Assembly (NCBI RefSeq): GCF_018977255.1
Contig: NW_024704742.1
Coordinates: forward strand, 68,388,001 to 68,452,000
Length of the DNA stretch: 64,000 nucleotides
Direction of reading: 5' to 3'
Origin: Callorhinchus milii
Lineage: Eukaryota
Numbering within the stretch: position 1 is the stretch's first letter; every line of letters begins with the position of its first letter. This document shows, piece by piece, positions 39,159-51,677 of the stretch. The notes below the pieces were generated by a model. The model ran no database searches, had not been told where the DNA came from, and saw only the letters and a list, made by a program, of their open reading frames with translations. A program made the translations under genes and the position numbers.

Positions 39159-41784
39159 TTTATAAGTGAAATCTGTTGTCCTTAAATTAAATGTAAAATT
39201 ATTTAAAATGCAATGGATTTAGATTATCCACAATGCAATTTTGTTTTCCTTTCTTAAACTGAAGTAACACCTATAAATGACCTATTCTTTTGAATAAACC
39301 ATTTTGCATGTTTCTGTGTATGACTGCATTGCATGCATGGCTGACCATCATTTAATTCCCATTGTTTCTATAAATTTCACTTGAAAAATAGCAGTTATAA
39401 AGAAGGAAATGAGGAATGTGAATACAGTGGTTTGTGGATATAAATGAAAGCTATTTTACACTAGTTAAACATTACCTTTATTCAATGAACCCCAGAAACT
39501 TAACATTTATTTCATTATATGCAAAGTATAAGTATGCAAAGGTTGATATACGATCCCTTTTTTTTTCATATTCTCTTGCCCCTTCCTCTTCAACTGTGCC
39601 TATGGTCATATCCCACTGGCTCGTATCGTGCTCCACCACTGTCAAACCCTCTGGGATGCTTCCCTGCATGAAAGGGGCTATATAAAGCAAATTGCTGTTG
39701 TTGATTTGTTTTCAAAGATAGAGAAACACTACTTATTCTGGTAAATTCAACTAAAAAGCATTTCCTATTTCATACACTCAACAGTCTCTTTGCATCAAAC
39801 CTATTTATAGATATGCAGTTTGAAACTACCGAACAAATATTTCAAGAGTTTTGAATTTTCATTTATGAGTTGAATTTATCCGCCTGTAGCTTGGTGGTTA
39901 GAGCACTCGCCTCGCAAGTGAGAGGACCTGGGTTCGACTCCCAGGCAGCGCAAGTTTCATCACTCCATACGCCTGTTTACCTAGCAGTAAGTAGGAACCT
40001 GGTTGTTACTTGATTGGTGGATCACTTTTCCGGGGGTAATAATCCCTTCAAAAAAATAATAATAATTTAGTCACTCAATCCATGACTGATTGAACTCAAA
40101 TTTTCTTTGTTCGATCTTAAACCAAACTAATCTCCATTATATAATATATATTAGTGGAACTGATGTTTACACAAGAAAAAAGAAAAAAAGTTCTGTTTGC
40201 AGAACCTTGATATGGATTCCTTAACCTAATGTACCATATCATGAGAATCATACTTCTGTCTGCAACAGAGAGCAAATTATGAAGTAAAGTTTAAGGTTTG
40301 CTAGAATTGCCTTTTCTTTGAAAACTAAAGATCTGTGAATAGTAGGTTTGTAATCAATGGAAGCAATAACCCTCTGAGTAACCAAATATCAGATCTGGAT
40401 CAATGCTTCTACATCAGCAAAGCTTAAAAGGCCATATAGGCAGAATTAATTGGGATATTTACAAGGGAGATAATGATAAATACTTGGGACGTACATTTAT
40501 TAAGGAGAATGGAGAAAAGGCTGCAAAATAGTTCTGCAACGATCTTATAAACTAACAAGCAGAAACCAGCTGAATGATCTCTTGTCCCTATAGAACCAGC
40601 AAAATTGAAGGATATATTTAGCAATATACAAAGCTTTTATACACATTAACAACAATTGGGATGAGGGAATCTACAAGTGTACAGTATGTCATGAACAATA
40701 GCTCTGGTTAAATACAGTACTAGTGCACAACATTTCTATGACAACCAAGCCAAGAGTTTTAAATGCTCCTTTCCGGTCATGTCATCCACAGGATACATTT
40801 TGGAAACTGACAAACATTTTTTGACATGCTAGGCCTAGGCTGACTAAACAAACATATACTGTGTAACACAAAGTTTCCAAACACTCAATCTCTCTGACTG
40901 AGGCATGTGATACAGCTGACCAATTATAATCCTATAACAGGACAAGGTTTAAAAGCTATAACTGCCCAAATCCTACATATCATCTTCTCCAGAGCACTTT
41001 CAAAAAAGCCGTGAAGAACCTTCCACACTTTATCACAATACTGTACTGGAAAAGTAAAAGTTATTTCAGTACCATTAACTGGCCAGTCCCATTCAAAAAT
41101 AGATGGCTAAAAGTATTTTTTGCTTTTATTCTGGTTACTTTACAGTACTACCATCAGTGAGCATAAGAAATCCCAGAAAAGAAGAGTGCAGAAGCTTGGG
41201 CTGAACAAAAGAAAATTTAGAGGAGCAAATATTTATTTAAAAAAAGCTTCTTTCACTCAATTCATTGCTCTGTTAATTTTTAACACAACTTAAAATAATA
41301 ATAATGCAAATAATAATTGCATTTGATATAGCGTCTAATCATGTCGTTGAGACGTCTCACAGCGCTTCACAGAATATATTGTAAAGTGGATTAACTGTAT
41401 TTTGTGAGCAAAACGCGACAGCCAATTGAGCAATGCAATGTCCCACAAACAGTCGTGGATTGAATGACCAAATATTTTTGGTCAGATGTCATAAGTCTGC
41501 ATGGTACTATCCAATGGACAGGAGAGCTTCCAAATTACAATACTGTAGCAGTTGCTTTTTAATCACTCAACAATAAGATCTCCCTTCCAAAACAGATTGA
41601 GTGAAGAAACAGGCTTATTTGCCTAACATTTAAAACTTTTTAATAACAATACTAATGGTTGCATTTGATATAGCGCCTTATTATGTCTTCAAGACGTCTC
41701 AAAGCACTTCACAGAATATACTATAAAGTGAATTTACTGTATATTTTGTTGCAAATATGAAGGGTTTTTATACTGACTGCACCT

Positions 41785-42420
41785 CGGACCCGAGCTGAGG
41801 GGAGGGTGGAGGACAGGGGAAAAGGAGGGTGACCGACGACGCGGTCGAAGAAGAGGATCTTGAGATGGGTCTTCAAGGAGGCAAGGGAAGGTGCAAGGCG
41901 GAGGGATGGAGTTCCAGAGGGTGGGGGCAGAGTGGCTGAAGGCCCGCCCGGCAATGGTTTGATGGGCGAGGCGGGGGACGTGAAGCAGGCTGGAGCCCGC
42001 TGAGCGGAAGAAGCAGGCAGGTTGCGAGGGAGTTAGCAGGTCCAGAGGTAGGGGGGAGATAGGCCATGGAGGGCTTTGAAGGTGAGGTCCAGGATCTTGA
42101 ACTGTGTCCTCTGAGTAATGAGGAGTCAGTGGAGTTGATCGAGGATGGGGGGTGATAGGGTCACGGAGCTTGGTACGGGAGAGGACAGAGTTCTGGGTGA
42201 TCTGCAACCAATGGAGGGAGAAGTTGGAGAAGCCGACAAGTAGGGAGTTTGCGTAGTCAAGCCTGGATGTTATGAATGTGTGTATGAGGGTCTCACCGGC
42301 CTGCGGTGAGAGACAGTGGTAGAGCCGGGCAATGTTGTGGAGGTGGGGGAAGGCAGAGCGGGTCATGGCACGGATGTGTGGGTAGAAAGGACAGTTGAGG
42401 GTCAAACAAGACACCAAGGT
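41785..42420 (-). mobile_element. L2 LINE 3' fragment
   Basis: LGVLFDPQLSF and ITSRLDYANSLL motifs; 3' UTR homologous to 22110-23239. Confidence 0.88.
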
Positions 42421-42911
42421 ACACAAGATCTTTGAACCAAGTTATGCAAGGCAGAGTTTCAACTGATAGAAAGACTTTAAGAGAGAATTTTAAAAGCAGG
42501 AATGGTGTGTGCAGTTTCCCCGCTGAGATTTTAGTATGCAAACGTTCCCCACTGAGACTCTAAATTACTATAAAATATGAAGATGCAGCTTCAGCAGCTC
42601 ACATTCTTGGAATCGGGTCTGGCACAGTCCTATCAACTCTTGTGGTGCTGCTGTATATAATCTAAAGGTGGAATGACAACTCAGTATCTCCCAAAATGTT
42701 GCAAATAGTCGCTTCAAGCATGGAGTAAGTAATCCTCATCATATTCACATCAGCTTACAAGAATTTTAACCAAACCATCACTTGGAGCAAGAGATACATT
42801 TTCTCTTTCACTGTGCTATATTTCAACTCTGGATGGACAAGCAGTGGGAAAGCTTCCCAGATAGCGATATCAATGGTGAACTATACTGTTTTAGCTGTTT
42901 AGACGCCAGCA

Positions 42912-45900
42912 ACAACAACAACTTAGATTTATATAGTGCCCTCCACGCCGGACAGCGTCTCAGAGCGCTTCACAGTAACAGATCCCGGGACCGAGCCAAG
43001 GGGAGGGGGAGGAAGGTGACCAAAGGCGCGGCCGAAAAGAAAGGGAGGGGGGTGCAGAGGAGTGCAGGGACTTGAATACAAGGATGAGGATCTTGAAATC
43101 GATCCTCTCTGGGATAGGCAGCCAGTGCAGTCTGGCAAGGACTGGGGTGATCGGGCAGTGGAGTTTGGTGCGGGTGAGAATGTGGCCACAGAGTTTTGAA
43201 TGATTTGGACTTTATGGATGGTAGTGGATGGGAGACCGGCGAGGAGAGTGTTCGAGTAGTCCAGCCGAGAAGTGACAAAGGTGACCAGGGTTTCAGCAGC
43301 TTTTGGGGAGGGGTATTGGCGGAGACGGGCGATGCGTCGGAGGTGGAAGAAAGTGATGCTGGTGAGGGACCGGATGTGGGGGAGGAAGGATAATTGGGGG
43401 TTGAACCTGACGCCGAGGTTTCATATGGGTTCGGAGAGTTTTAGGTGGAGGTTGGGTAGGTAGAGGTGAGAGCCGTGAGATTTTAGACGTTGACGAGAGC
43501 CAAAGTATGGCTTCCATCTTGTCAACGTTCAGCTGAAGGAAATTTGCGTTCATCCAGCCCTGAGATCTGACAGGCAGGCTGACAGAACATCAGGGGACTG
43601 GGGGTCGCAAAGAGAGGTGGAAAAATAGAGTTGGGTGTCGTCCGCATACATGTGGAAGTGTACCCCATGTCTGCGGATGACATCCTCAAGAGGGAGCATA
43701 TAGATCAGAAAGAGGAGGGGGCCAAGGATGGATCCTTGGGGTAACCCGCAGGTAACCGGGTGAGAGCGGCAGGAGAAGCCGTTTGTGCAGATGTACTGCT
43801 GGTGGTTTGTGAGGTAGGACTCAAACCAGGCGAGTGCGGTCCCACTGAGGTGGATGACAGAGGAAAGGCGGCGGAGAGGTCCAGGAGGACAAGGAGGCAG
43901 AGGGAGCCCTGGTCACAGATAGAGAGGATGTCGTTTGTGACTTTCACAAGCGCAGTCTCTGTACTGTGGGCAGAGCAGAAACCGGACTGGAGGGGCTCGA
44001 AGAGGGAGTGGGAGGAGAGGTGAGCGCGGAGTTGATTGGCAACAACGCGTTCCAGAACTTTAGCGAGGAAGGGCAGGTTAGAAATAGGGTGGTAGTGGCT
44101 GGGGTTTGAGGGATCTAGGGAAGCTTTTTTCAGGAGGGGGGTGATGACAGCAGTCTTGAGGGAGGCAGGGACTGATCCAGAGGAGGGACTGGTTCATGAC
44201 GTCAGCCAGTAGTGGGCAGAGGAGGGGGAGCTGGTGACCAGCAAATTGTTGGGGAGGGGGTCGAGGCAGCAGGTGGTGGGTTTCATGGAGGTGATGGTGG
44301 GTGAGAGGGAGGAGGCAGAGATGGGGAGGAAGGAATGTAGAATGGGAGTGGTGATAGGAGCAGATGATGAGGAGGGTGAGGGGGACAGAGAGGTTTGTAA
44401 CAAGGGGCAGGTGGATGAGGCTGCCTGGCGGATGTTAAGTATTTTAGATGAAACGAAGTCCATGACCTCCTCGCACTTGGCCTTTGATACAAAGATTGAG
44501 GAGGCCTGAGGGGGGCACAGAGGAGGTAGTGGGTGGTGGAAAAAAGGATTTTAGGGTTGTGCTTAGCCTCCAAGATGATGTTGGAGTAGAAGGCCATTTT
44601 TGCACGTGTCAAAGAACGGCAGTAGCTGTGGAGATGCTCGAGCCACAGTTGGCGGTGAACTGTCAGGCCAGTTTTCCACCATCTGCACTCGAGCAGACCG
44701 GTTTGGTTTTTTTGGCGTCGGAGATGGTTGTTGTACCAGGGGCTCGGGTGGGTTTGGAGATGGTCCTGGATTTTAGGGGGACGAGGGAGTTGAAGATGGA
44801 GGAGAGGCGATCATGGAGCAGCTGGACGGCTGCTTCAGGATCTCTGCGGGTGGAAGGCCAGAGGGATAGGATGTTTGATGATGAGAGGGCCTTTGTGAGC
44901 GTCTCAGGGGTAGCCTTTTCCAAGGGTGGTAGAGGATGGTTGAGGGCTTGGTGGAGGAGACAGGGATGTGAGAGGAGAAGGAGATGAAAAAGGTCTGAGA
45001 TGGCCTTGTCCACTATGCTGAGGTTGGAAATGTCAATGCTGTGGGTAATGACGTGGTCAAGTGCATGACCACGGTTGTGGGTGGGTGAGTTTATATGAAG
45101 GGTAAAGTTTAGGGAGGAGGAGGGCAGTGAAATCGGCAGAATTGGTACTGGGGGAGTTTAGGTGGAGGTTGAAATCGCCCATTATGAGTAGGCGCTCAGA
45201 GCAGAGGGACAGGGAAGAGAGGAGAGTGGAGATGTCTGTGTGGAAGGAGCCGGGGGGCTTAGGGGGGCGGTAGACAAGGAGGGTTTTCAATGGGAGAGAG
45301 GGGTGGAAGAGGGTGAGGTGCTCGAAGGAGGAGAAGCAGCCAGAGGAGTAGGGGGTGAGACCAAGCGAGGCTTTGGAAATGAAGGCCACCCCGCCGCCAC
45401 GTTGGTTTGGAAGGGGGGGTGTGGTGGAAGGTGTAGCCTGAAGGGGAGGCTTCCACTAGGGGGATGGGATCATTGGGGCAGAGCCAGGTTTCGGTGAGCC
45501 CAAGAATGTCAAGGTGCTCGTCCAGGATGAGGTCGTGGATGGTGAGGCTTTATTTGAGAGAGAACGGACATTTTGGAGGGAAATGCGGGTGAGTCTGCTG
45601 GAGGGAGGGGAGGGAGGAGAGAGTGGTGTGGAGAGGATTTTGTGGTCTACAGGAGAGATGGTTGTGGAGAATGGTGTGAGTGGAGAGTTGGGGAGGGTAT
45701 GTATGAGGGAAGGGGAAGTTGGGTTTGCCTTAAGGAGGCGGTTTAGCAGAGGGAGTGAGTGATGGGACACGTGGGGTTGCTGCTCTGGGACAGCCAGTGC
45801 CGGGAGCCACGATGGGCCCGGTGGAGGATGCCCAGGCTGGAGCAGAGGGAAGTGGTGATGGAGTCAAGGAGAGAGAGAAGGCGGGGAGGGCGGTGGGAGA

Positions 45901-46023
45901 GAAGGACGGGGGGGAGTAGCGGATTGAGGGGGGTGGGAGGAGAGACATAGAGGGGGGTGGGAGGAGAGACATTTGGAGTGGAGCGGGAAGGGGAGGCTCG
46001 GGATGGGGTGGCAGCCAAAACGT
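42912..46023 (-). mobile_element. Near-full-length, frameshifted L2-clade LINE (APE endonuclease + reverse transcriptase)
   Basis: Motifs in order on the minus strand: LQNVRSLSNK, LGLTETW, SSFEHL, LVYRPPK, IMGDFNLH (APE); YHPISNLPFLAKVLE, QSGF..STETALVKVTNDIL, LLDLSAAF, PQGSILGP, HMYADDTQLY (RT). Ends in a 3' stem-loop and (GTT)n tail. Confidence 0.93.
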
Positions 46024-48959
46024 GCAGTACCCCAACGCACACTCTGGGGTCCCCAAGCCTTGGCTCTTGACAACCGGTGCCTAATACTTTCCGTAATTAG
46101 GAAGCAGGATGCGTCCCTCCAGGGAGAGAGTGTGCATTCCATTCCAAGAATCTATATCTGGGATTTCCACGTGGAGGTGGGATGGATGGAGTTCTCAGCT
46201 TGGTTTGGATTCTCTTAAGTATGGTGATGGCTTTCTGCATGTGCCAGACACCCGGGTGACCCCCCAAAAAATCAATTCAACTCAGATTGATATTGGCTAT
46301 TCTTTACTGTATGGGCACTTTAGGGGTTTGAGTTAGAATTATATGCAGCAGATAATGAAACAAAATGAGTTTGCTTTCCCATAGGAAGGAAATAAATCAG
46401 AGCGGTACTCACATACCTTCCTCACAGAAGCAGTTATAGAATAGAACTGGCTAACGCATAAAAAAGCTACACAGCTTAAACGTTGATACATCTTGCTTGC
46501 ACTTACATAGTCACGTTCACATGAAATAAAATTATGATTGGGACAATGAGAAGGAGAAAGAAGAATAATGAATTTTGACCAAAAGCACAGCATTACAAGA
46601 TATATTTTCAGGAAAGTTTTAAAGTCAGGAAGATGTAGCGAGACTAAGATGTTTGGATGAGATAGTGAATGCTTAGTCACCAAAAAACATGCAATAAGCC
46701 AGAACTGGCTGAGCACCAGCCAGGAGAATAGAGGAGGAAATTGCAGAGAAATGGATGAACTGCACAATGAAAGAATTCGAAAATCTAGAATAGATCTTAT
46801 ACTTGGAAAAGTTATATAGATTCAGAGCCTAGTGTGGGAGAGTTTTGGTGTTAATGGAGAATTCAGTATCAAAGAGGGTGAATCAAGTATATGGTTCAGA
46901 GATGGAAAATGGAGGTCTTAGCAAATGGATTGGATTTAACATTTATAGCAGGGATCATAAATAACATCAAGACTGTGCACTGGCTGATTAAATTGATGAA
47001 TCAAAGATAGTGCTGGGAGGCTATACCAAACCAAAAATTATTTTGTTTTGGTCAGCCAGGTGACTGAAACATGCTTCAAAGTATCCAAAACAAATTGAGA
47101 TTTCCATGCATCCCACTTACACATGGAAATTTCAGAGATAGTTTATTGGAATGCGCACTCTCTCCCTGGAGGGCCGCATCCTGCTTATCTAATTCGAGAA
47201 AGTATTAGTATAAGAACAAAGAAGGTTTGGGGACCCCAAAGTGTGCATTGGGGTACTGCTGGAGTCTAACCATCTAAAACCGCATAGCTTGTCATTGATA
47301 TTGCTGCCTGGCAAGCTTCATAAAAATTGACAAGTAAAATTCGAAGTTATGTTACTGTTCCCTATCTCAAGATACCATCACAACCTCATGTACATTTATT
47401 ATTTGATTGTTAGTCAAAGCAATGCTAATGGAAACAAAGGTTTGGGCTGTTCAGCTGGTTTCTGAAATCAGCTGTACTGCTCTGGTCTGAACTACATTAT
47501 AGTCCTCAAAGATTTTTTTTTGTTTGTCTCAAGATGTTGTCTCACCAAAGCACAGCCGGATACAGAACATACATAGGATGCTATTACAGCTTTCAATTTT
47601 AAACAGGATGCAAGTCCTGGAAATGCCCAGTCTAGATCTCAACATTTCACAATTATTTGCAGAAGCAACTGGTAAACAGTGTTAAGAGCGTACACCCGCA
47701 AAAAAGACTAAATAATAATAATAAAAATCCTTGCATTTGATATAGAACCTTATCACATCATTGAGAGTCTGAAAGTGCTTCACAAAATATACTGTAAAGT
47801 GAATTGACTGAATCAAAATTAAAAATAAATATTAAAATAACTATTAAAAGCAGATATGATAAAAAAATTCCTTGTGATATTAAGCATCAATGTTAAGGGC
47901 CATTAAACACTCATTCAATTTGAAAATGGCACTTTAAGGTTTTATAAAAAAATCTGCATTCTGCAGCCAAACAAATCTTAGATATGTGAAAAAGTTGCAC
48001 AAAGCATAGAATGAATTAACATTTCAGGGATGACAAGCTTGTTAAATGGTCATTTCTGTAGGACTGTGAATTATATTCAAAAAAATATTCGATTCTGAGT
48101 TGTCACAGTGTTATCAGGCTTTAGAGGTGCTTATCACTAATAAGCCATTTTGTGTGCTGTGCTAATATCAGGCAATATTGAATTCCTCAAAGTGAATCAG
48201 ACTATATAGGTGCTTGTTGCAAATGCAAAACAGAGGCCATGTGGAAGAATTTACTCCTGATATCAGGTTACGCAGAAATGAACAATGATAAAGTTAGAGA
48301 GGTGCATACTGCTAAACCAGGATACTAGATGTACTCTGCCATATTACACTTGGCTATATTTAGAAGTAATTTCTACTAAATCAGGCTATTTTACTGGTGC
48401 TCACAAGATTGCTGGTGCTTCAATGAAGAATTAGGCAAGATGCATGGGCCATTGATTCTCTGCAGTCTGAGCTCTAGGTCAAAGCTGGATCAAGTGTAAG
48501 GAATTGTGGTGGTGTAGTTGAGCAGAGCCAGAGTACAAGAAGGCAAATTTCCAAGTCAAATGAGTTTTTAAAGCAGATAGTAAGATCCATGTGGTGAAGA
48601 AAATAGTAATTTTAGTTCAAATATTCCAAACAAAATTGAAAGGATATTTTATATTTGGTATAGCTCCCTTCACTTCAGAAGGACATCCCAAATTGCTTCA
48701 CAGGATTTAATGTAAAGTTCAGTGACTGTGCTTTGTAGGCAAATGCGGAAGTCAATGTGTAATGTGTGTCAGCAGCCACTCAACTGTAGAGGTAGTCAAA
48801 CTCACTAGCCTCATTTCAACTACCCCTTGCTGTTTTCTATGCACACATAATAGAGGGACCCTGACCAGAAACTTTGGCTTATTGTCCCTTCCTTAAACCG
48901 AAGAAGCCAGGACCAATAGCCTCCCCTTACTCCATGGCTAAATCCAACAAACTGAATAT

Positions 48960-49080
48960 CGAATAACCACAGAAACGGCTGGGAACACGCAGCAGGTCAG
49001 GCAGCATCCATGGAGAGGAAAATGAGTTAACGTTTCAGGTCTACGACCTTTCGTCAGAACCTCCAGTTCATCAGAACTGA
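48960..49080 (-). mobile_element. Penelope-like element terminal-repeat relic
   Basis: The motif GCTGGGAACACGCAGCAGGTCAGGCAGCATCC...GTTAACGTTTCAGGTC..GACCTTTCGTCAG is recognisable as a common chondrichthyan repeat, and it carries the hammerhead core typical of PLE repeats. Confidence 0.6.
49024..49062 (-). ncRNA. Minimal type I hammerhead ribozyme motif (Penelope-associated type)
   Basis: Minus strand: GGTT CTGACGA A AGGTC-GTA-GACCT GAAAC GTT AACT. Contains the CUGANGA and GAAA boxes, a 5-bp stem II, a palindromic AACGTT stem III and a short stem I. Confidence 0.65.
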
Positions 49081-49444
49081 ATATGGACTCAGATTTGAAC
49101 AAGCAAACTCCCAATCCGCAAGCTACTGCTCTCTCCCACAAAATAAAACTTTTAAATACAAATAAATATTAGGCCACTATGTCTTTCTTTCTCTCTCTTC
49201 CCTGTTTTTTCTATTAGATTTATATGGGCAGTGCCTATGGTATAATGAGTAGTCGCCCAAATAAATCTAATATACAAAACTGGGAAAAGAGGGAAAGGTA
49301 CAGTGATCCAATGTATTTAAAAGTTTGATTGAAATATAATTTTGCTTGACAACCAAGCTATTTTAGTTCTGTAGTATTTAGGTTTCTTTCAGGAAAAACT
49401 GAAAACTTCAAAAATGGCTGATCTGGAAACTGAAATATCCTTTC

Positions 49445-49837
49445 ATTCCATGGCACCTCCCTACCTTTCTGACCTGCTTACTCCCCAACCCACTAACCGT
49501 CGCCTACGCTCGGCCTCCTGTTTGTCCCTTGTGCCCTCCGCTGGTGACTGCGCTTTCAGCCACTACGCCCCGAAACTCTGGAACACTCTCCCTCAATCCC
49601 TCTGCCTTGACCCTCCTTCCTCATCTTCAAGTCACACCTGAAGATCTCCCACTTCAACCGTTCCTATGGTCACCTCCCGCTCCCCCCGGCCCGGCGTCAA
49701 GCTTTGCCACTGTCAAGCGTTTTGAGACACTTCCCTGAGTGAGAGCTGCTATATAAAAGTTGTTGTTGTTCCAGCGCTTTGGGACGTCCTCCCGACATGA
49801 AAGGCGCTCTATAAATGTAATTTTGTTGTTGTTGTTG
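49445..49837 (+). mobile_element. L2 3' fragment followed by a second L2 tail
   Basis: APPYLSDLL...AFSHYAPKLWNTLP; two consecutive stem-loop/(TTG)n tails. Confidence 0.8.
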
Positions 49838-50392
49838 ACAAATTATGCGAATTGCCCCTAAACCACTTCCACAGCATCATTTCAATGAAAACTATTCAAG
49901 TCAAAAGCTTTTTGAATCAAATATACTAGTTGCACAGAAACAAAACAGTAACTAGATCAGAAAACAAGCCAGTTCATTAGAATAGTCTTACTCTTTAACA
50001 TACATCTGATTTTTGACATTACCGTGTTGTAGCTTCATACTAGGAAATGAGGGAGAAAAATAAAATCACTATTCTGAGTATAAAGCACTATTTAAACGAA
50101 GCTATTCTTTGTCAAATTAAGTTTGTATAAACAGAATGCAAAGGAAGCTATCAAGGTCACATCAAGAACAAATATAAGGAGGTCACAAAAAGGCAATTCA
50201 GTTTATTGCAGTGTTTATGATGAACACTTTAAACAAACAAAAATGCAATTGAGTACGATGCTCAAGTATGAGTACGATACGTTTCACCCACAAAAAGTCA
50301 ATTCACTTTACAGTATATTCTGTGAAGCGCTTGGAGACGTCTCAAAGACGTGAAAAGTGCTATATCAAATGCAAGGATTATTATTATTATAA

Positions 50393-50717
50393 TGTGGAGT
50401 CCTGTAGTTCAGTGGTTAGAGAATTTGGCTTGCAAGCGAGAGACCTGGGTTCAATTCCAGGCAGAGGGCGAAACCTTGGGCAAGTTTCCTTACTCCACAC
50501 GCCTCATAATAATCCCTCCAAAACCCCCAAAAAATAATAAATTGGTCATTTTCAATCTATGACTGTTTGTGGGACATTGCTGTGCGCAATTGGCTGCCGC
50601 GTTCGCCCACAAATATACAGTCAATTCACTTCACAGTGTGTTCTGTGAAGCGCTTTGGGACGTCCTCCCGACATGAAAAGCGCTGTATCAAATGCAAGGA
50701 TTATTATTATTATTATT
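50393..50717 (+). mobile_element. tRNA-derived SINE, short (internally deleted) young subfamily, full length
   Basis: A-box TAGTTCAGTGG, B-box GGTTCAATTCC, ACCTTGGGCAAGTT, Deu-like 3' part, L2-type stem-loop, (ATT)n tail. Closely similar to 36070-36403. Confidence 0.9.
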
Positions 50718-51359
50718 AAATAGTCTGTGGGTAGTTACAAAGCAACACTTTTTATTGAACGTGTGTCAAATTGCCATCTGAAGACAACATGTGACTTGTT
50801 AAATAGAATGACATGTGAAGATGAATTAAAAAGCTATTTACCACGTGACAATACATTTTATTTAGGCATTGAATTAAGAGGGAGAAGAAATAGATGTACA
50901 ACAATTACATATACATGCATCACATGAATGATCAAAATGTGCATCAATTACTGCAGTACAAACTTTGGCCCAAGATTGTAAGGAGAAAGTCTGTGTGAGA
51001 AAGCAAGCCAGAACTGCTCTGGCAGGTTCATATGAAAATATTTCCTTGATTACTCAATGGAATAGCACATAGCTGCGCCAACTGTGTAAAATATTCTGTT
51101 GCCTGTAACTGTGAGTTTCCGATCACAACCCAAGGAAAGATAAACCAAGGTAAGGGAATGAATTGTTCACTTTCAGGTTAACAATTACACCCAGGGAATT
51201 ATGTACAGAAAACAATGAAAATTATGCAAGCATACATAATTATATGTCCAATTAAATAATTAATTATGTATAATTAATAACGCATATTAAATTATATAAT
51301 TTATATCATTAAATATAAAATAATATATAAATATATTCTCTATTTATTTGCAGGCTTAA

Positions 51360-51677
51360 TGCCATAGCGTAATGGTTAGGGTGCTCGCTTCGCTAGCAAG
51401 ATGACCTGGGGCAAGTTTCCTTACTCCACATGCCTCTGTTTACCTAGCAGTAAGTAGGAACCCAGTTGTTAGTCGATTGGTGGATCACTTTGCTGGATTA
51501 ATAACTTCTCCAAAAAAAATTAAAAATAAAATTTAGTCCTTGCTATGTGCAATTAGCTGCCTCATTTCGCTTACAGAATATACAGTCAATCCACTTTACA
51601 ATGTATTCTGTTAAGTATTTTGAGACGTCTCATCAACGCGATAATGCGCTCTATCAAATGCAAGGATTATTATTATT
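51360..51677 (+). mobile_element. tRNA-derived SINE, long subfamily, degenerate
   Basis: CORE-like segment and tail present. Confidence 0.8.

Noticed and set aside
50393..50470. tRNA-Ala gene (also at other SINE heads)
   Set aside because: Always fused to a SINE body and tail, and copies are mutually diverged; these are SINE heads.
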